From Bdellovibrionales bacterium (GTDB lineage Bacteria > Bdellovibrionota > Bdellovibrionia > Bdellovibrionales > UBA1609): 32,000 nt of DNA. Below the pieces are notes generated by a model. The model saw only the letters and a program-made list of their open reading frames with translations, was not told the origin of the DNA and made no database searches. The translations under genes were made by a program, and so were the position numbers. The stretch is from positions 1,350,001-1,382,000 of the forward strand of contig OY843585.1 of the NCBI GenBank assembly GCA_963692945.1, in the 5' to 3' direction. Positions 18,214 through 25,722 of the stretch are shown one piece after another (positions within the stretch are counted from its first letter, which is position 1; the number at the start of each line of letters is the position of its first letter).

Positions 18214-19902
18214 CTACCGATCCAGTTCTCCAGCGATAATATTCATACTTCCTAATAATGTCACAGCATCAGCCACTAAATGTCCACTCACTTTATGAGG
18301 ATAAGATTGATAAATAGGAAAACAAGGTGGACGGACTTTTAAACGATAAGGATTAGGACTTCCATCGCTGACAAGATAAAAACCAAGTTCCCCATTAGCT
18401 GCTTCCGTTGCCGAATAAATCTCTCCAGCTGGTGGACGACACCCATTGATAATTAACATAAAATGATTCATCAAACCTTCAATATTTCCATAAACCTCTT
18501 TTTTCTCTGGTAAGACAATGTCTTTGTCGCGAATGGTGTGATCTCCAGGTGGAACATTTTTACAAATCTGTTCAATAATACGAACAGACTGTCTCATTTC
18601 TTCCACACGAACAAGGTAACGGTCATAAGCATCACCCGTTGTTCCAACTGGGATTTCAAAATCTAAGTCATCATACATATAATAAGGTTCCACTTTTCGT
18701 AAATCTAAATTCAAGCCTGTAGAACGAAGACAAGGACCTGTGTATCCCCAAGAAATAGCCTCTTCTGTATCTATAGACCCAACACCTTGATTTCTTTCCA
18801 CCCAAATTTTATTTTTAGTTAACAAAGTATCTATTTCATCAATCCCCACTCGCATCTCTTTGCAAAATTGAAGAATATCTTTAAACCAATTTGGAGGAGG
18901 CTCATCAGCCATACCTCCCACCCGAGTCATAGAAACCGTCAATCTGGCTCCACAAAGTTTTTCAAAAATCGTATAAACTTTTTCCCGATAAGTGAAGGCA
19001 TGAAAAAATCCTGTTAAAGCTCCTAAATCAAAAGCCGCTGTCCCTATACAAACAATATGGTCAATGATACGAGAAAGTTCACAAAGAATGATTCTCATGG
19101 CTTGAGCTTTTGGTGGGATTTCAACACCTAAAATCTCTTCCACTGTTTTGCAATAACCCACATTATTCATAGCTGAAGAGCAATAGTTAAGGCGATCCGT
19201 ATAAGGTATCACTTGATTGTAAGGATGCACTTCTGACATTTTTTCAAAACAACGATGCAAATAACCTATCTCCACATTGGCTCTGTGAATTCGCTCCCCA
19301 TCCATAAGAGCCATAATTCTAAGAGTTCCATGAGTGGAAGGATGAGAAGGCCCTATATTAAGAGGTATTAAATCTTTACCTTCATCATTGGGAGCTGTTC
19401 CGTCCAATTCATTGTCCATATGAAACTCTACGGATTCAGAAAGATGTTGTTGCAAATCGGCTGGATAATCTTTACGCAAAGGATGCCCTTTAAATTGATG
19501 ATGCGTAAGTATCCTCCTCAAGTTAGGATGATCCTTAAATTTCACTCCATACATATCGTAAATTTCTCTTTCAAACCAATCCGCTGTTGGAAAAATAAAT
19601 TGTGCTGTAGGGACTTGCTCCTGTGTAGAAACAGACAGTTTGATTCTTAAACGAGAAATGGTTTTTGTAGAAAACAATTCATAAACAATTTCAAAACGTT
19701 TTTCTCTATTAGGATAATCCACTCCAGAGATACACATTAAAAAATCAAAGCGATTTTCTTTTTTAAAATGATACAAAACAGGTAAAAGCTGCTCCATCTT
19801 TAAAAGGAGCACAGCCGATTTAAAAGACTCTTGAAAAGAAAAAGTCTCTTTTGGAAATTTTTGTTTAAGGTCTCGTGTTAAATCTTCAATATAACTTTTC
19901 AT
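18214..19902 (-). CDS. nuoCD: NADH-quinone oxidoreductase fused subunit C/D
   Basis: 562 aa. NuoC-like WFEREIYDMYGVKF in the N-terminal third. NuoD-like GPSHPSTHGTLR and C-terminal IIAGELDR. Confidence 0.93.
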   Translation of the reverse strand: MKSYIEDLTRDLKQKFPKETFSFQESFKSAVLLLKMEQLLPVLYHFKKENRFDFLMCISGVDYPNREKRFEIVYELFSTKTISRLRIKLSVSTQEQVPTAQFIFPTADWFEREIYDMYGVKFKDHPNLRRILTHHQFKGHPLRKDYPADLQQHLSESVEFHMDNELDGTAPNDEGKDLIPLNIGPSHPSTHGTLRIMALMDGERIHRANVEIGYLHRCFEKMSEVHPYNQVIPYTDRLNYCSSAMNNVGYCKTVEEILGVEIPPKAQAMRIILCELSRIIDHIVCIGTAAFDLGALTGFFHAFTYREKVYTIFEKLCGARLTVSMTRVGGMADEPPPNWFKDILQFCKEMRVGIDEIDTLLTKNKIWVERNQGVGSIDTEEAISWGYTGPCLRSTGLNLDLRKVEPYYMYDDLDFEIPVGTTGDAYDRYLVRVEEMRQSVRIIEQICKNVPPGDHTIRDKDIVLPEKKEVYGNIEGLMNHFMLIINGCRPPAGEIYSATEAANGELGFYLVSDGSPNPYRLKVRPPCFPIYQSYPHKVSGHLVADAVTLLGSMNIIAGELDR

Positions 19903-19920
19903 CTTACACTTCTAAGTGAT

Positions 19921-20442
19921 CTAACGGTAGTGACCTGACTTCCATTGATCTTTATAAGGTCTTGGGATTTGCTCTGTTATCATTTTTTGAACCAACATCA
20001 CAGCGTCAATCACAGCCTCAGGGGTGGGAGGACAACCTGGAACATAAGCATCCACAGGTATCACCTTATCTACACCCTGTAAAACATTATAGGCTCTGTA
20101 AAAACCTCCAGAACTTGCACAAGCCCCCATAGCAATAACATACTTAGGTTCTATCATTTGTTCATAAACTCTAGAAATCACTGGTGCCATTTTTTCTACA
20201 ATGGTTCCAGCCACAATCATTAAATCCGATTGACGAGGTGAAAAACGAACCACTTCCGCTCCAAACCTTGCTAAATCATAGCGAGGCCCTAAAACAGACA
20301 TAATTTCAATACCGCAACAAGCTGTCCCGTAAGTCATGGGCCATAAAGAATTCCGACGACCCCAAGCCACAAACCGATCTAAGCGAGAGGTAAAAAAATA
20401 ACTCTCTTCTTGCTCTTGATACTTTATTTTTTGATTGGACAA
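19921..20442 (-). CDS. nuoB: NADH-quinone oxidoreductase subunit B
   Basis: 173 aa. [13 protein letters not shown] and PGCPP cluster-N2 motifs. Confidence 0.93.
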   Translation of the reverse strand: MSNQKIKYQEQEESYFFTSRLDRFVAWGRRNSLWPMTYGTACCGIEIMSVLGPRYDLARFGAEVVRFSPRQSDLMIVAGTIVEKMAPVISRVYEQMIEPKYVIAMGACASSGGFYRAYNVLQGVDKVIPVDAYVPGCPPTPEAVIDAVMLVQKMITEQIPRPYKDQWKSGHYR

Positions 20443-20520
20443 AGACTTTTCCTATTTCTTTTTTTCTAGAAAAATATTATCATATTAAAAATCTTTGTCA
20501 ATGAAAAGTAAAGGTCTTAC

Positions 20521-21222
20521 ATGAGTCAAGAAAACTTAAACAAAGCCATAGAACTCACAAAAAAAAATCAACCCAATGTTGCTGTTGTTTTTGACTTGGA
20601 CTCCACTTTATTTTGCATGAAATATAGGACACAAGCCATTATTAAAGATTATATTAAAAAAGACCATCCTCCTGCTTTGAAAAAACAACTTCAAAATATT
20701 AAAGTCACAGAAAAAGATTGGTCTGTCAGAGAGATTCTCAAAAGACATCGTTTAGACCAAGAAAGAGAACTTTTAATTCAGCTAGAAACTTTTTGGAGAG
20801 ATTCTTTTTTCAGAAATGACTACCTTCATCATGACCAGCCCTATAATAAAAGCATTCAGTTTGTGAAGCATTTGGATCAATTAGGTGGAACTGTTTTTTA
20901 TTTAACAGCGAGAAACAAACTTCATATGGAAGAGGGAACTTTAAAGACTCTTCAAAAATACGATTGCCCCTTAAAAACAAAAGAACATCTTATATTGAAA
21001 TCCAATAAAGAAGAACAGGATGCTGAATACAAAAAAGAAAAGTTACAAAAGTTGTCTCAGCAATTTCAAACCATTTTGTTTTTTGAGAATGAACCCGTGG
21101 TTTTAAATCTCATAGACCAAACTTTACAAAACATTCATTTGTTTTGGATAGACAGCACTCACTCCAGACAACAAGAACCTCCGAAAAAAGCCTTACCTAT
21201 TTCTATAGAATATGAGTTTTGA
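20521..21222 (+). CDS. HAD-superfamily hydrolase
   Basis: 233 aa. Motif I VVFDLDSTLF (DxDxT). Later YLTARN and FFENEP segments fit HAD motifs II to IV. Confidence 0.65.
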   Translation: MSQENLNKAIELTKKNQPNVAVVFDLDSTLFCMKYRTQAIIKDYIKKDHPPALKKQLQNIKVTEKDWSVREILKRHRLDQERELLIQLETFWRDSFFRNDYLHHDQPYNKSIQFVKHLDQLGGTVFYLTARNKLHMEEGTLKTLQKYDCPLKTKEHLILKSNKEEQDAEYKKEKLQKLSQQFQTILFFENEPVVLNLIDQTLQNIHLFWIDSTHSRQQEPPKKALPISIEYEF

Positions 21223-21345
21223 AATTCTCCTATTGGATTTTTGAAGTTCTCCTATTGGATTTTTGAAATTCTCCTATATGAGTTTTGAAATTCATCTCTT
21301 GGATTTTTGAAGTTCTCCTATATGAGTTTTGAAATTCCTATTGAT
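21126..21345 (+). repeat. Left direct repeat of the hip-like insert (last 97 bp of the HAD gene + 5 bp), continuing into an array of ~22-bp tandem units
   Basis: 21126-21227 equals 23174-23275 (102 bp, 1 mismatch). 21211-21345 is about 6 units of tat(a)tgagttttgaaattc / tattggatttttgaagttctcc. Confidence 0.9.
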
Positions 21346-21356
21346 AGTTTAAGTAA

Positions 21357-21761
21357 TCAATTTTTAGAGTTTTTAGAGTTATATTTTTTTTCATACTCTT
21401 TGTCAGTAGAAAATATATAGCTAGATAAAGGACTTTTTTCACTTAACCTGTTCAAAATTTCTATAAAATCTTGTTGTGGCAAAGATTTATAAATCTCACT
21501 TATATTGGGTCTATTTTTATCAGGCAATCTTGCACGAAAAAATGAGTGAAGAGATGTTGCTTCATGATCTTCCAATCCTTCTATTTTTCGATCACCTTTG
21601 GTATATTTAAAAATATATTTACCGGTTTTGTAAGTTAATTCTCCAACTAAAACAATAGATTTTCCATTAGTCGCTTCTTTATCATAAAAATATACAAATA
21701 AAGTCTTTTCAGAAGACTTATTTATAAATGAATTCAACAAATTATTTTTCTTTTCAGACAT
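21357..21761 (-). CDS. HipS-like protein (stand-alone HipA N-terminal subdomain homologue)
   Basis: 134 aa. VLVGELTYKTGKYIFKYT and SFFRARLPD resemble the E. coli HipA N-terminus (RVGELT...HTFKY...FFDNLLPD, recalled from memory). Its start is 1 nt after the stop of the upstream kinase gene. Confidence 0.6.
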   Translation of the reverse strand: MSEKKNNLLNSFINKSSEKTLFVYFYDKEATNGKSIVLVGELTYKTGKYIFKYTKGDRKIEGLEDHEATSLHSFFRARLPDKNRPNISEIYKSLPQQDFIEILNRLSEKSPLSSYIFSTDKEYEKKYNSKNSKN

Positions 21762-21762
21762 T

Positions 21763-23145
21763 TTATAAACCTAATATTTTATTCTTTCTTATCTTAAGTA
21801 CTTGACTAATTCTAACAATTCTGATGGGAGAAATCAAGTTTCTATATTTTTTTGTCAAATTTTCAATATCCAATAGATTTAACCTATGAACGAAATGCTT
21901 AAAAAGAACTGGATTGTTTTTTCTTATATACTGAACCACAGAAAAATGACTTTCATTAAGATTATTTTGAACAGTTAAAAGAGGTTTTGAATTTTCTACA
22001 TACTTTAATAGATTTTTTCTATCTTCATATTTAAAAATTAACTCATAAATATTCTCATTCCAAAACAAACCATGTCCTGTATCAAATAACGGTGTAAAAT
22101 ATATATCTTTAGTTTCATTTGATTGTTTTTTTAAAACTAATCCCCAATTCTCATGATGCCTATCTTGATGTCCCAATAAACAATCAACTAATAACATAAG
22201 ATGAAAATTATCCATATTTTTCTTTCTTTTCATTAAAGTAATAGATTGTTTTTTAAGATACTTTTCTATTGATTCTTCTATTTTTTCTATGGTATAGAAC
22301 TGTCTTTGCTCTTTTCTATGCTTTGGTGGAGTTTCCTCACCTGAATCTTGAAAAATTTCTAGTCCATGAATCAATCTATAATCATATTTTGAATTTTTAA
22401 AAAAAGTAAATATCGTAGAGCAGAGAGATATCCGATCTTTATATATTACTAACCAACATTTTGCAGCTTTTGTAAAGCAACTCGCAATATCAGTCATTAT
22501 AATTTCTGTAACAAGTTCTTTGAATCCATGATTATTCCTATTTTCTGTTTCTTTTGGAAATTTAATAAGAAACTTTGCATCTCTTGATCTAAGAATAAAC
22601 TTCTCAGCTTCCCCTAGAAGTGATTCACTTTCTTTATCTAAAAATTTTAAATGATTTTTATCTTTAATTTTTTTTAAAACATGAGAGCCTGCAAACTCTA
22701 AATATAACCATTTCTGATGGTTCCTTATAATTCTTACAGCTGATGATGAAATTTCATTCTGTTTAATTTTTTCTTTTATCTTTTTCTCTTTTTTTTCTAT
22801 AATTTTTAATTGTTCTTTACTACCTTCATTTTTTGAAACTTCTTCTCTTTCTATTTTTAGAGTTTTTAACTCTTTTTGAAATTTATCATTACAAACTAAA
22901 CAAGAGTAGTTAGGTATAGCAACTTTTTCTTGAAATTTATAATTAGCAATTGCATCTTTTATATGTGAAGACACATGATCTAAAATAAGCACATTTGTTT
23001 TTGTATGACGAACTCTTGCTTCACATCTATTACATTTTATATCTCTAATCATAATATATTTATATTGTATCATTAAGAATCTTTTTTTGTAATTTCTCTT
23101 GCAATAAACTTTCCATGTTTTGAATCCAGCAACAAAATGAGCCAT
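21763..23145 (-). CDS. HipA/HipT-like serine/threonine kinase core with an N-terminal CxxC...CxxC (zinc-ribbon-like) + coiled-coil extension
   Basis: 460 aa. LLGHQDRHHENWG...TPLFDTGHG matches the HipA_C catalytic pattern (HipA: GATDGHAKNFS...TPFYD, recalled from memory). Candidate Gly-rich loop EFAGSHVLKK near aa 150. Cys38/41 and Cys82/85. K/E-rich helix at aa 95-135. The true start may be an internal Met. Confidence 0.7.
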   Translation of the reverse strand: MAHFVAGFKTWKVYCKRNYKKRFLMIQYKYIMIRDIKCNRCEARVRHTKTNVLILDHVSSHIKDAIANYKFQEKVAIPNYSCLVCNDKFQKELKTLKIEREEVSKNEGSKEQLKIIEKKEKKIKEKIKQNEISSSAVRIIRNHQKWLYLEFAGSHVLKKIKDKNHLKFLDKESESLLGEAEKFILRSRDAKFLIKFPKETENRNNHGFKELVTEIIMTDIASCFTKAAKCWLVIYKDRISLCSTIFTFFKNSKYDYRLIHGLEIFQDSGEETPPKHRKEQRQFYTIEKIEESIEKYLKKQSITLMKRKKNMDNFHLMLLVDCLLGHQDRHHENWGLVLKKQSNETKDIYFTPLFDTGHGLFWNENIYELIFKYEDRKNLLKYVENSKPLLTVQNNLNESHFSVVQYIRKNNPVLFKHFVHRLNLLDIENLTKKYRNLISPIRIVRISQVLKIRKNKILGL

Positions 23146-23173
23146 TTTAAATTTTTTTCACTTTATCTAGAAC

Positions 23174-23322
23174 ACAAAACATTCATTTGTTTTGGATAGA
23201 CAGCACTCACTCCAGACAACAAGAACCTCCAAAAAAAGCCTTACCTATTTCTATAGAATATGAGTTTTGAAATTCATCTCTTGGATTTTTGAAGTTCTCC
23301 TATATGAGTTTTGAAATTCTAC
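23174..23322 (+). repeat. Right direct repeat of the hip-like insert (orphan copy of the HAD 3' end + ~3 of the 22-bp units)
   Basis: See the left repeat. 23259-23319 also matches 21256-21327. Confidence 0.9.
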
Positions 23323-23365
23323 ATTGGATTGAAAATAAAAGATTCTTACATCTATTAAATATAAA

Positions 23366-23394
23366 TTGACAATCTCTCCTAACTTGAATATATT
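23366..23394 (+). promoter_or_regulatory. Sigma-70-type promoter of secreted paralogue 1 (TTGACA-N17-TATATT)
   Basis: ttgaca at 23366-23371, 17-bp spacer, tatatt at 23389-23394, about 30 nt upstream of the SD aaaggaga and the ATG at 23427. Conserved exactly in the duplicate. Confidence 0.55.
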
Positions 23395-23426
23395 CAAAAC
23401 AAAGTATTCTTTTTTTCCTAAAGGAG

Positions 23427-23921
23427 ATGATTATGCAAAAAATTATTTTTTTTCTAATTGTTATTTTGTTAGCACCACTCTCAACGGCTAGTGACAAACA
23501 AACATCAATGACTAATGAACTAACTTTAATTCGGCAAGCTCGTGTTCTTATATATATATCACCTATTACTTTTTCTAGCAGAACTGTTAATCTAAATTCA
23601 TGCTCCAATGAAGCTCCTGACATACATATCCAGCTTATCAAAACTCATAAAGGTTGGAAGAAAACATTAGCTAAGCTAGGTCTTGCACATAATTTTTTTC
23701 AGTTCAAACTCTCTGCCAACCCACAAACTGTAAAAGAAGTCGTTTGGGAATTTTCAAAAGAACAATATTTTGGAAGAGAAAATATTGAGGTAAGTGAAAA
23801 AAATGTATTGGTGAATGTATGGCAAAAATTTTCTCCAACTGTTTATCTCGTTTGTAACGATGATACATTACATACGATTGAGCTCTTGATTGACCCAGAA
23901 GAATACATTACATACGATTGA
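23427..23921 (+). CDS. Secreted protein of unknown function, paralogue 1
   Basis: 164 aa. Signal peptide MIMQKIIFFLIVILLAPLSTASD. Good SD. 87% identical to paralogue 2. Confidence 0.75.
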   Translation: MIMQKIIFFLIVILLAPLSTASDKQTSMTNELTLIRQARVLIYISPITFSSRTVNLNSCSNEAPDIHIQLIKTHKGWKKTLAKLGLAHNFFQFKLSANPQTVKEVVWEFSKEQYFGRENIEVSEKNVLVNVWQKFSPTVYLVCNDDTLHTIELLIDPEEYITYD

Positions 23922-24004
23922 GCTCTGGATTAACTCAATTGAATATAAACTTATACGCAATATTGGATTTAAAATAAAAAGTTCTTACATCTATTAAATA
24001 TAAA

Positions 24005-24033
24005 TTGACAATCTCTCCTAACTTGAATATATT
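24005..24033 (+). promoter_or_regulatory. Sigma-70-type promoter of secreted paralogue 2 (TTGACA-N17-TATATT)
   Basis: Duplicate of the 23366-23394 promoter: ttgaca at 24005-24010 and tatatt at 24028-24033. Confidence 0.55.
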
Positions 24034-24065
24034 CAACACAAAGTATTCTTTATTTCCTAAAGGAG

Positions 24066-24560
24066 ATGATTATCCAAAAAATTATTTTTTTTCTAATTGT
24101 TATTTTGTTAGCACCACTCTCAACGGCTAGTGACAAACAAACATCAATGACGAATGAACTAACTTTAATTCAGCAATCTCGCTATCTTATATATACATCA
24201 CTTATTACTTTTCCTAGAAGAACTGTTAATCTAAATTCATGCTCCAATGAAGCTCCTGACATACATATCCAGCTTATCAAAACCCATAAAGGTTGGAAGA
24301 AAGCATTATCTAAGGTAGGTCTTTTATATAATTTTTTTCAGTTCAAACTCTCTGCCAACCCACAAACTGTAAAAGAAGTCGTTTGGGAATTTTCAAAAGA
24401 ACAATATTTTGGAAGAGAAAATGTTGAGGTAAGTGAAAAAAATGTATTGGTGAATGTATGGCAAAAATTTTTTACAACTGTTTATCTCGTTTGTAACGAT
24501 GATACAAAACATACGATTGAGCTCTTGATTGACCCAGAAGAACATATTATACAACAATAG
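24066..24560 (+). CDS. Secreted protein of unknown function, paralogue 2
   Basis: 164 aa with the same signal peptide. Tandem duplicate of 23427-23921. Confidence 0.75.
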   Translation: MIIQKIIFFLIVILLAPLSTASDKQTSMTNELTLIQQSRYLIYTSLITFPRRTVNLNSCSNEAPDIHIQLIKTHKGWKKALSKVGLLYNFFQFKLSANPQTVKEVVWEFSKEQYFGRENVEVSEKNVLVNVWQKFFTTVYLVCNDDTKHTIELLIDPEEHIIQQ

Positions 24561-24627
24561 CATCGTCTTTCTCTTTTTTAAGAGAGATATATATTCAACT
24601 TATCTAATTATCTAAAAACAAATAAAA

Positions 24628-24650
24628 AAAGCCCTCTGGTGGAGGGCTTT
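24628..24650 (-). terminator. Intrinsic terminator (best on the minus strand, possibly bidirectional)
   Basis: Stem gccctc / gagggc extended by A:T pairs, with a 5-nt loop. On the minus strand it is followed by a T7 run. It lies downstream of brnA (minus) and of paralogue 2 (plus). Confidence 0.7.
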
Positions 24651-24662
24651 GTAGATTCTACT

Positions 24663-24697
24663 GAGCTCTTGATTGACCCAGAAGAATACATTACATA
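24663..24697 (+). repeat. Orphan third copy of the paralogue 3' end
   Basis: gagctcttgattgacccagaagaatacattacata equals 23880-23914 (the paralogue 1 version), lying downstream of paralogue 2 and its hairpin. Confidence 0.85.
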
Positions 24698-24841
24698 TTA
24701 CTAACGGCGTAATCAGAATTATAATATCTACAACCACTAAAAGTTCTATTATTTTCTACTGTTGTAACAACTCCAAATGGCTTTCATACGATTTTCTGTG
24801 CTACTCGTAACCCATTATTAAATGCTTATACACAACATCCT

Positions 24842-25168
24842 TTATTTCCTATCAATTTCATCTAAAAGAATTTCATTGATAACACTTTGATAACCTATCT
24901 TTCTTTTTTTAGCTTCTTTTTTAACAAAAGAGACAACTTGAGGATGAAGACGAATAGAGGTAGGTTTATATTTCTCAGCTTTTGGTTTTAAAGGCCTTCC
25001 TCTTAAAGGTCTTTTCTTTTTTAACTTCTTTTCTATAGCCCTATGAGCAGACATCACTTCCGCTTTTGTTATCTTCCTTGCATTTTTAAACAGGAAGATT
25101 TTGATTTTAGCCTTAGATTTTGCTTTCTTCATACGTCCTCCTTTCTTTTTGATTCGCTTTTCTGGCAC
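24842..25168 (-). CDS. brnA: BrnA-family (CopG/RHH-type) antitoxin
   Basis: 108 aa. LRGRPLKPKAEKYKPTSIRLHPQVVSFVKKEAKKRKIGYQSVINEILL fits the BrnA pattern (GRP...K..vSIRL...vl..fk....gYQt.iN). The track start is GTG at 25168; an ATG at 25132 is an alternative. Confidence 0.8.
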   Translation of the reverse strand: MPEKRIKKKGGRMKKAKSKAKIKIFLFKNARKITKAEVMSAHRAIEKKLKKKRPLRGRPLKPKAEKYKPTSIRLHPQVVSFVKKEAKKRKIGYQSVINEILLDEIDRK

Positions 25169-25399
25169 TAATTATCCTATAAATACGACCCTTTGATCTT
25201 TTTGTAAAAATAACAACTAATACACCCACATCAGATAAGCCAATTAACCATTCTCTGTATTCATTAATAGAATGTTTTTCATCTTTGGATATAAGAGCGT
25301 GGGGATCATCAAAAGCTGTGATAGCCTCTTCAAAAGATATTTTATGTTTCCTTTCATTTTGTTTTGTTTTGATTTATTATCATCCCAATCAAATTTCCT
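25113..25399 (-). pseudogene. brnT: brnT (DUF497 ribonuclease toxin) remnant: frameshifted and lacking an ATG
   Basis: My own minus-strand translation. Frame a gives (R)KFDWDDNKSKQNK. Frame b gives ...ERKHKISFEEAITAFDDPHALISKDEKHSINEYREWLIGLSDVGVLVVIFTKRSKGRIYRIISARKANQKERRTYEESKI*. The junction is (caaaa)x3 (plus-strand ttttg x3 at 25357-25371). The expected ATG position reads AGG (25399-25397). Frame b has a TAA at 25376-25374. Confidence 0.75.
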
Positions 25400-25406
25400 G
25401 TATTTT

Positions 25407-25434
25407 AGTATATACAGAAAATACTTTTTGTCAA
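25407..25434 (-). promoter_or_regulatory. Candidate brnTA promoter (TTGACA-N16-TATACT)
   Basis: On the minus strand, ttgaca at 25434-25429 and tatact at 25412-25407. The -10 ends 7 nt before the AGG/ancestral-ATG position, which implies a near-leaderless transcript. Confidence 0.45.
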
Positions 25435-25545
25435 GATCATTCTGGCATTTATTTCATCAAGTAAAATCTTCAATCTTTTTTGCAATAAAAAATTACCAAT
25501 ATTTAGCATCCTGTTGAGTGGTTTTTAGAAGATCTCAAATGAGCC

Positions 25546-25722
25546 TCATGATTTTTTAAGTTTTTTTAGCCTAGTTAAAAAGGCTTTTTTTTTAAAGCAG
25601 AGGAACTCCTCACCTTTTTTTAAACTTCTTTGCTTGAATGTATTTCTTAGCTTTTGAAAAACTCTTGTAACTTTTTTGGTTAAATTTGAAAGCCCAAAGC
25701 CCAATGCTTTCGTTTTTTTAAG
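25546..25722 (+). repeat. Modular intergenic repeat, copy D (modules Y then X)
   Basis: Y (25558-25678) has hairpin agcct/aggct + T9 and near-palindrome gaggaactcctc + T7. X (25679-25719) has hairpin gaaagc/gctttc + T7, with loop ccaaagcccaat. It overlaps the dinD stop. Confidence 0.85.

Noticed and set aside
23300-23641. 113-aa minus-strand ORF across the promoter and 5' end of secreted paralogue 1
   Set aside because: It overlaps a plus-strand gene with promoter, SD and signal peptide. The equivalent region of the duplicate gives no comparable minus-strand ORF in the supplied track.
23427-24560. Diversity-generating retroelement (TR/VR) explanation for the paralogue differences, given a nearby RT
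   Set aside because: The substitutions are not adenine-specific in either direction (g/a, g/t, t/c, c/t, t/a and others). The RT has retron-type, not DGR-type, motifs, and it lies 5 kb away.
25163-25168. Sigma-54 promoter (TGGCAC) that could pair with the bEBP-like regulator
   Set aside because: The downstream TTGC element at N5 is absent (tggcactaattatcc), and the site lies inside the brnA/brnT overlap. No other convincing -24/-12 site was seen.
25272-25517. 81-aa plus-strand ORF
   Set aside because: It lies antisense to the clearly BrnT-like (frameshifted) reading frames, and its product is low-complexity and Phe-rich.
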